DNA of 32,000 bases from NCBI RefSeq assembly GCF_001598795.1, contig NZ_BCZP01000023.1:57186-89185 (forward strand). The letters are read 5' to 3'. The first letter of the stretch is position 1, and each line of letters begins with the position of its first letter. The notes beneath the pieces are model-generated. The model was not told the DNA's origin. It saw nothing but the letters and a program-made list of their open reading frames with translations, and searched no databases. The position numbers and the translations under genes are program-made. This document shows, piece after piece, positions 28,254 to 32,000 of the stretch. The DNA is from Delftia acidovorans NBRC 14950. GTDB taxonomy: Bacteria; Pseudomonadota; Gammaproteobacteria; Burkholderiales; Burkholderiaceae_C.

Positions 28254-28553
28254 AATGCGGTTAACAGCCGGGCCTATGGTTGACTCATGGTTCTCCTCCT
28301 GGAATTCATAGGCATGCCCCGAAATGGGCACCGGACTTTTTCTTCCCCGTGCCTGCACTTCGCAGGCATTCACAAGCTCGCAGCACCGCTGGCGGGCTTC
28401 TTTTTTGCGGGGTCCGCTTGCGGCTTTGGCCCGCTTTGCAGAGATCCAAGGCGGGCATACATCGGGTGCGCACAGCGAAGCGCCAGCGGCGCCAAGGTTC
28501 AGGCGACCAAGCAGAGGCTTATGCAGGTGCGGCATCAAGTACAGGACATTGAA

Positions 28554-28573
28554 AATGCGGAGCGCTCCGCATT
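28554..28573. repeat. 20-bp perfect palindrome AATGCGGAGCGCTCCGCATT
   Basis: Checked base by base. On the minus strand the stem runs into TTTTCAAT (terminator-like). It could equally be a dimeric repressor operator. Confidence 0.9.
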
Positions 28574-28874
28574 GGGTCAAATGCCGGCATCGCGTAAGAT
28601 GCTGATCCACCAGAAGAAGCGGGCGTCGTTCAATGGCAGAACGTAAGCCTCCTCTGGAAACAGCGAGAATTCCCGGAAACCTACGCCAAAACCTACGCCG
28701 AACTGGACACCAAAAAGCCCCCGTCGTGGGTTGTCTTTTTGGTGAGACTTCGGGTCGCTTCAGGTTTCCGCACGCAGCGCCTGCAGCTGCTCGACCGGCA
28801 GCAACGCCTCCTCTTCGGGCTTCTCCGCACCTGACCGTAGCGCGCCCACGACGCCCGGCTGGTATGCGGTCATC

Positions 28875-29024
28875 GTGGACTATGGGCACCTACCCTTCCC
28901 TGCTGCACGGCGCTGGACCGGCGCCCTCTGGGATGACGAGCGCGGCATCAAGGCATTCGACGGGCCGCACGACACGGCCGAGGCTGCGCTGGACTGGGCC
29001 ATGGAGTGCTGCCCCGAAGGCTGA
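28875..29024 (+). CDS. Hypothetical small protein (49 aa from GTG); the start is unresolved
   Basis: The frame reads ...PGWYAVIVDYGHLPFPAARRWTGALWDDERGIKAFDGPHDTAEAALDWAMECCPEG with high GC3 and protein-like composition. The only canonical in-frame start is the GTG at 28875, with no SD. The upstream in-frame ACGACG could be a mutated ATG. Confidence 0.35.
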   Translation: MDYGHLPFPAARRWTGALWDDERGIKAFDGPHDTAEAALDWAMECCPEG

Positions 29025-29034
29025 GCACGGCACA

Positions 29035-29325
29035 ATGCCGGCCATGGCAATCGATCCCACAAACCCAAAGCACACCGTCCATCAGCGCATCGTCGCCGGC
29101 TTCATGGGACATTGGAAGGCCCACGGAAGCGACAAGTACCCGCAACGTTTCCGGCTACCGCCAGAGGAGCTTTGGCACCTCGACAACATCATGCACAAGG
29201 GAGCGCACCCTGGTCTGATGTGGGGCGTGCCGCTTGATGCGGACCCGAGCACACGCGGCGAAATGGTCGCCATCGACGGCACGGTCGTCTCGATAGCGCC
29301 GGCTGACCCGGCGCCTGCGGCTTAG
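29035..29325 (+). CDS. Hypothetical 96-aa protein
   Basis: MPAMAIDPTNPKHTVHQRIVAGFMGHWKAHGSDKYPQRFRLPPEELWHLDNIMHKGAHPGLMWGVPLD... Only the last third of the 230-aa track ORF looks protein-like. An alternative ATG lies at 29044. Confidence 0.5.
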   Translation: MPAMAIDPTNPKHTVHQRIVAGFMGHWKAHGSDKYPQRFRLPPEELWHLDNIMHKGAHPGLMWGVPLDADPSTRGEMVAIDGTVVSIAPADPAPAA

Positions 29326-30023
29326 GCTCCAGCTGGGCGATTGCTCAACGGCCAGGGGTCCACCAGCCCGATGATCTTGTCCATCGCCTCATGGACTGTG
29401 CCGCCATCCGGCGGGAGGAAGTGCTGCACGACAGACAGCACTTCCTCCAAGACCTGCTCCGCCTTGCTGGGGTCGTTGATGCCCGCCAGCTTGTCGCGCA
29501 GCCGGAAGCCCAGCAGCGGCCAGATCTTCTGCACGGCGTTCTCGCGCGCGATGCGGCGGCCGATGGCGGCGTCGAAGTTCTCGGGGCTGGCGCATGCGCT
29601 TTCGCCGGTCACCGTGAAGCCGTTGCGCAGCTCCAGAACACAGAACGTCAGCAAGTTGAGGGGGCTATTGGCCGACTCGGCGTACTCGAAACCGTGGTTC
29701 TTGTGCGAGTGACCATGCCGGCCTTCGGCAGCAGTGAAGTAGGTCTCCTCCACGATCTCCCGCTGGATGTCATCCGGCGTCACGCGCGGCGCGGTTTTAC
29801 CCTTGGCCTGGATCTGGTCTTCGATGGACTGCTCAGCCGGAGAGAGCTCGGGCAGAGGGCCTGGGCCGGTGGCTGTTGTGCCATCGGCATAGGCCTTGGA
29901 CTCCAGTGCGCCAGGCACGCGGGTGGCGCAGTTGCACGGCCCGGCCGGCATGGCGGGCTCGTTGTGCACGGCGCAATCGGAGGCATGGCCGCAGCCATTG
30001 CTACCGCAGGTGTGTTGTGTCAT
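29322..30023 (-). CDS. Phage protein with a C-terminal N4-gp49/Sf6-gp66-like domain and a Cys/His-rich N-terminus
   Basis: LTFCVLELRNGFTVTGESACASPENFDAAIGRRIARENAVQKIWPLLGFRLRDKL resembles the Phage_gp49_66 family. The start overlaps the o-spanin stop (ATGA). Confidence 0.7.
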   Translation of the reverse strand: MTQHTCGSNGCGHASDCAVHNEPAMPAGPCNCATRVPGALESKAYADGTTATGPGPLPELSPAEQSIEDQIQAKGKTAPRVTPDDIQREIVEETYFTAAEGRHGHSHKNHGFEYAESANSPLNLLTFCVLELRNGFTVTGESACASPENFDAAIGRRIARENAVQKIWPLLGFRLRDKLAGINDPSKAEQVLEEVLSVVQHFLPPDGGTVHEAMDKIIGLVDPWPLSNRPAGA

Positions 30024-30349
30024 GGGTGGCTCTCTGTGGTGGCGCCTGCGGCCGGCAGGCTCGGGGAAATGGGGCGGCGGCAGTTGGCCAGGGCTGCGGC
30101 CAGCTTGATCTCGTAGGCCTCGCGCCGCTCGATCTCGGCCTGGGCGACCTGGGTGAACTGGTCCACCGTGGCGCCCGGCCGCAGCTGTTCGGTTGGCATG
30201 GCCGGGCGCTCGGGCACCGGCTCATCGCATGCCACTGGCACAGGCACGTTCACCCGCTGCAGCTCGATGCGGGCCGGCGCGCTTTGGCAGCCAGCCAGGC
30301 CCAGCAGCAAGGCCAGGCCTGCAAATTGACGAATTGAGCAATTTGTCAA
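30020..30349 (-). CDS. o-spanin (Rz1/LysC-like outer-membrane lipoprotein)
   Basis: TTG start 2 nt after the i-spanin stop. Signal plus lipobox LLGLAGC. Pro-rich mature part with conserved-type Cys residues (VPVACDEP ... LANC). Confidence 0.7.
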   Translation of the reverse strand: MTNCSIRQFAGLALLLGLAGCQSAPARIELQRVNVPVPVACDEPVPERPAMPTEQLRPGATVDQFTQVAQAEIERREAYEIKLAAALANCRRPISPSLPAAGATTESHP

Positions 30350-30351
30350 TT

Positions 30352-30741
30352 TCAGGGCTTCGCCCTCCCCTGCAGCCAGCTGTCCACCCGGTGCTGGGCG
30401 CTCGCACAGGTATCGCCCGGCACGGCCGGCGGCGCAGCCAGGATCTCATCGGCGCGCTGCTCGTGCGTCCGGGCACGGGCGGCGGCGAGGGCTCGCGCGG
30501 CCTCGCCCTCCTGCTTGCGCCGGTCGGCCAGATCGCGCAGGTCATCGACTGCATCGCTGCAGGCGGCGGCCAGGTCGCGGGCGCCGTCCCGCTGCTGGGT
30601 CATCTCGCCCACACTGGCGCGCGCGGCTGCGGCGGCGTCACGCTGGCCCAGGTAGGCCCTGGTCAGCAGCACGTTGCCAAGCAGGCTCACCAGCAGCGCG
30701 AGGACAGCGGCCGCAAGCAGTTTCGGAGTGATGCCGATCAC
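30352..30741 (-). CDS. i-spanin (Rz/LysB-like)
   Basis: I chose the GTG at 30741, preceded by GGAGGGG with a 6-nt spacer (MIGITPKLLAAAVLALLVSLLGNVLL...). N-terminal TM followed by a charged coiled-coil region. The track start at 30768 is an alternative. Confidence 0.65.
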   Translation of the reverse strand: MIGITPKLLAAAVLALLVSLLGNVLLTRAYLGQRDAAAAARASVGEMTQQRDGARDLAAACSDAVDDLRDLADRRKQEGEAARALAAARARTHEQRADEILAAPPAVPGDTCASAQHRVDSWLQGRAKP

Positions 30742-30787
30742 CGCCCGCCCCTCCACCAGTACCACCACATTGCCCAGAGGATCGGGT

Positions 30788-31369
30788 TCATTGCTGGGCC
30801 TCCATACACGCGGCGTGTCGCGCCTGTTGACGGGTCCAGACGCCGCGGCAAACCTTGTTGCCAGGCGTGCTGCAGTCGTAGCGCCAGCGCTTCGGGCGGC
30901 CGCCCGCGCCCCACTGGTAGGCGCTGTATCCCTGCAGGGGCTGGGCGCTGGTCATGAAGCGATATGCCAGGTAAGCGTTGCAGGCGCCGGCATAGTCGCC
31001 AGCCCGCGTGCGCGTCAGCATCGAGGAGCCGCGCCAGGCCCCGCAGCCGTACTGGCCCGAGAAGTCCACAGCCTGGGCGAACTCGGCCGGGTGCACCAGC
31101 GTGTCGCCCAGCGAATCACGCACGCACGCGCCGTACTGCTGCTCCAGCAGGTTGATGGCCAGCTCGCGCGCCCGTTCGCGTGTGATGGGCGGGTCGGCCA
31201 GGGTCACGCGCGTGCCGTCCTCGTAGCGCGTGGCGCCGTGGCCGATGGTGGGCACGTCGCCGCGCACCGGGATGATGGGCGCGGAGCTGAAACCCTCGGC
31301 AGCGATCCAAGACGCCAAGATGGCGGCGCCGATGCTCAGGCCAGCGGCAGAAATGCGGCCGGCGTTCAT
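30788..31369 (-). CDS. Phage lysozyme (GH24-type endolysin), possibly with a signal-anchor-release N-terminus
   Basis: IAAEGFSS ... GDVPTIGHGATRYEDG ... ITRERARELAINLLEQQYGACV resembles the T4/P22-type lysozyme family. The N-terminal ISAAGLSIGAAILASWIAA is a Gly/Ala-rich, weakly hydrophobic segment. The start overlaps the holin stop (ATGA). Confidence 0.88.
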   Translation of the reverse strand: MNAGRISAAGLSIGAAILASWIAAEGFSSAPIIPVRGDVPTIGHGATRYEDGTRVTLADPPITRERARELAINLLEQQYGACVRDSLGDTLVHPAEFAQAVDFSGQYGCGAWRGSSMLTRTRAGDYAGACNAYLAYRFMTSAQPLQGYSAYQWGAGGRPKRWRYDCSTPGNKVCRGVWTRQQARHAACMEAQQ

Positions 31370-31689
31370 TCGTCCACCTCGAGCACGCCCAAATCTGTGT
31401 CGTAGTGCTGCGCCGGCGCGCCTGTAGCTCTCATTAGGTCCATGCGCAGTTGCCGCTCGGCGTCCCTGCGCAGAAACTCCCGTTCCCTGCGGGCGTCATC
31501 AGCGCGCCGGAGCTTATCGGCCTCACGCTTATAGAACCAGGTGATCAACAGGCCGATGATCGCCACCAGAGCCCCGACGTAGGCTGCGAGGTCTGCCGCA
31601 GACATCTTGCCGGCCACGGCGACAGATCCACCAAGGATCGTCGCCTTGTTTCCTGCTGCGCCAATGGCTTCGAGGGTTTCAGTTTTCAT
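31366..31689 (-). CDS. Phage holin
   Basis: 107 aa. TM LAAYVGALVAIIGLLITWFY followed by a highly charged tail (KREADKLRRADDARREREFLRRD). Positioned immediately upstream of, and overlapping, the endolysin gene. Confidence 0.75.
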   Translation of the reverse strand: MKTETLEAIGAAGNKATILGGSVAVAGKMSAADLAAYVGALVAIIGLLITWFYKREADKLRRADDARREREFLRRDAERQLRMDLMRATGAPAQHYDTDLGVLEVDE

Positions 31690-31710
31690 GGCCCCGATGA
31701 TTCCGGGGCC
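31690..31710 (-). promoter_or_regulatory. Stem-loop abutting the holin start codon
   Basis: On the minus strand, GGCCCCG-gaatcat-CGGGGCC is followed directly by ATG. There is no separate SD outside the stem. Confidence 0.4.
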
Positions 31711-31740
31711 GGGCCGCGCTGGCGAACCCTACACGGGGGC

Positions 31741-32000
31741 CTACGCGCGCTGCGCCGCCGCCCAGGCGAACAGCGCGTCCACCTGCGCGCCCGTCAGGCC
31801 CAGCACTGCAGCCACCGCCGCCACGGTCTCGCTGTCGCGCAGCCAGTCCTTTGCGTCATTGAGCACAGCATCCACCCGATCAGCCAGCTCGCCAGGCGCC
31901 AGCGCGCCGCGCCACACCAGCACGCGCGCCAGCAGGTTGTCGGCTGGCCGGTCGTCCGTGGACGCCAGCAGCACCAGGGCCCCGCCGTTCAAAACATGCC
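31741..32000 (-). CDS. Hypothetical phage protein, N-terminus outside the window
   Basis: The frame stays open to the window edge (the codons upstream of the track TTG start contain no stop). It is co-oriented with and upstream of the lysis cassette. No family recognised. Confidence 0.4.
   Translation of the reverse strand, partial: HVLNGGALVLLASTDDRPADNLLARVLVWRGALAPGELADRVDAVLNDAKDWLRDSETVAAVAAVLGLTGAQVDALFAWAAAQRA

Larger units (their letters stand above)
22620..32000. mobile_element. One end of a prophage (partial, continues beyond the window): accessory/moron region plus lysis cassette
   Basis: The region has visibly lower GC, low coding density and small orphan ORFs. It also carries an H-NS paralogue. 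It ends in holin, GH24 lysozyme, i-spanin, o-spanin and a gp49-like gene, all on the minus strand. The left boundary is only approximate. No integrase or att site was identified in the window. Confidence 0.55.

Noticed and set aside
28676-28699. 12-bp tandem AACCTACGCC(aa/ga), two copies
   Set aside because: Two copies only, in non-coding sequence. I noted it, but it is too short to interpret.
28050-28889. 279-aa minus-strand ORF
   Set aside because: It is Cys/Arg-rich, has no motif and lacks any SD. It is antisense to the SD-bearing 32-aa peptide ORF and crosses the 20-bp palindrome. I treat it as non-coding or at best a decayed remnant.
28633-29325. 230-aa plus-strand ORF taken as one gene
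   Set aside because: The first two-thirds are Arg/Pro/Ala-rich and compete with a clearly more protein-like alternative frame (WYAVIVDYG...). I kept only the last ~96 codons.

Overview
GC-rich, betaproteobacterium-like chromosomal window. The Comamonadaceae-like impression comes only from codon usage and protein sequences. No searches were run, so every family call below is motif recognition from memory.

Positions 1 to ~22.5 kb look like conserved core:
- a partial pirin/YhhW gene (-), missing from the ORF track because it runs off the window edge, divergent from a LysR regulator
- a renalase-like FAD oxidoreductase, gluQ and trmB
- two GGDEF diguanylate cyclases, one of them in a two-gene operon with a periplasmic-binding-protein homologue
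- alaS, and an MHS-type MFS transporter
- a respiratory cluster: cyoABCD-surf1, regB-regA, and ctaB-ctaA

From ~22.6 kb to the window end the sequence changes character. By eye the GC is lower and the coding density is low. There are many ORFs under 150 aa, several strong intrinsic terminators and an H-NS paralogue. The region ends in a phage lysis cassette (holin, lysozyme, i-spanin, o-spanin, N4-gp49-like gene) transcribed toward the chromosome. I read this as one end of a prophage with a ~6.7 kb moron/accessory region. The integrase and the other att site would lie outside the window.

I found no rRNA, tRNA, CRISPR array, transposase or intact integrase.

The best leads are all in the accessory region:
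1. A 32-aa hydrophobic peptide ORF with a near-ideal SD, too short for the ORF track, set in a hok/mok-like layout. This is a candidate type I toxin.
2. Five co-oriented small ORFs at 23.0-24.8 kb, three of them single-pass membrane proteins and two translationally coupled. This is a candidate uncharacterised prophage exclusion/defence module.
3. A degenerate ~1.5 kb stretch containing an orphan terminator, a 20-bp perfect palindrome and an ORF broken by one in-frame TGA.

Many long ORFs in the supplied track are antisense shadows of real genes, as expected in high-GC DNA, and were discarded.
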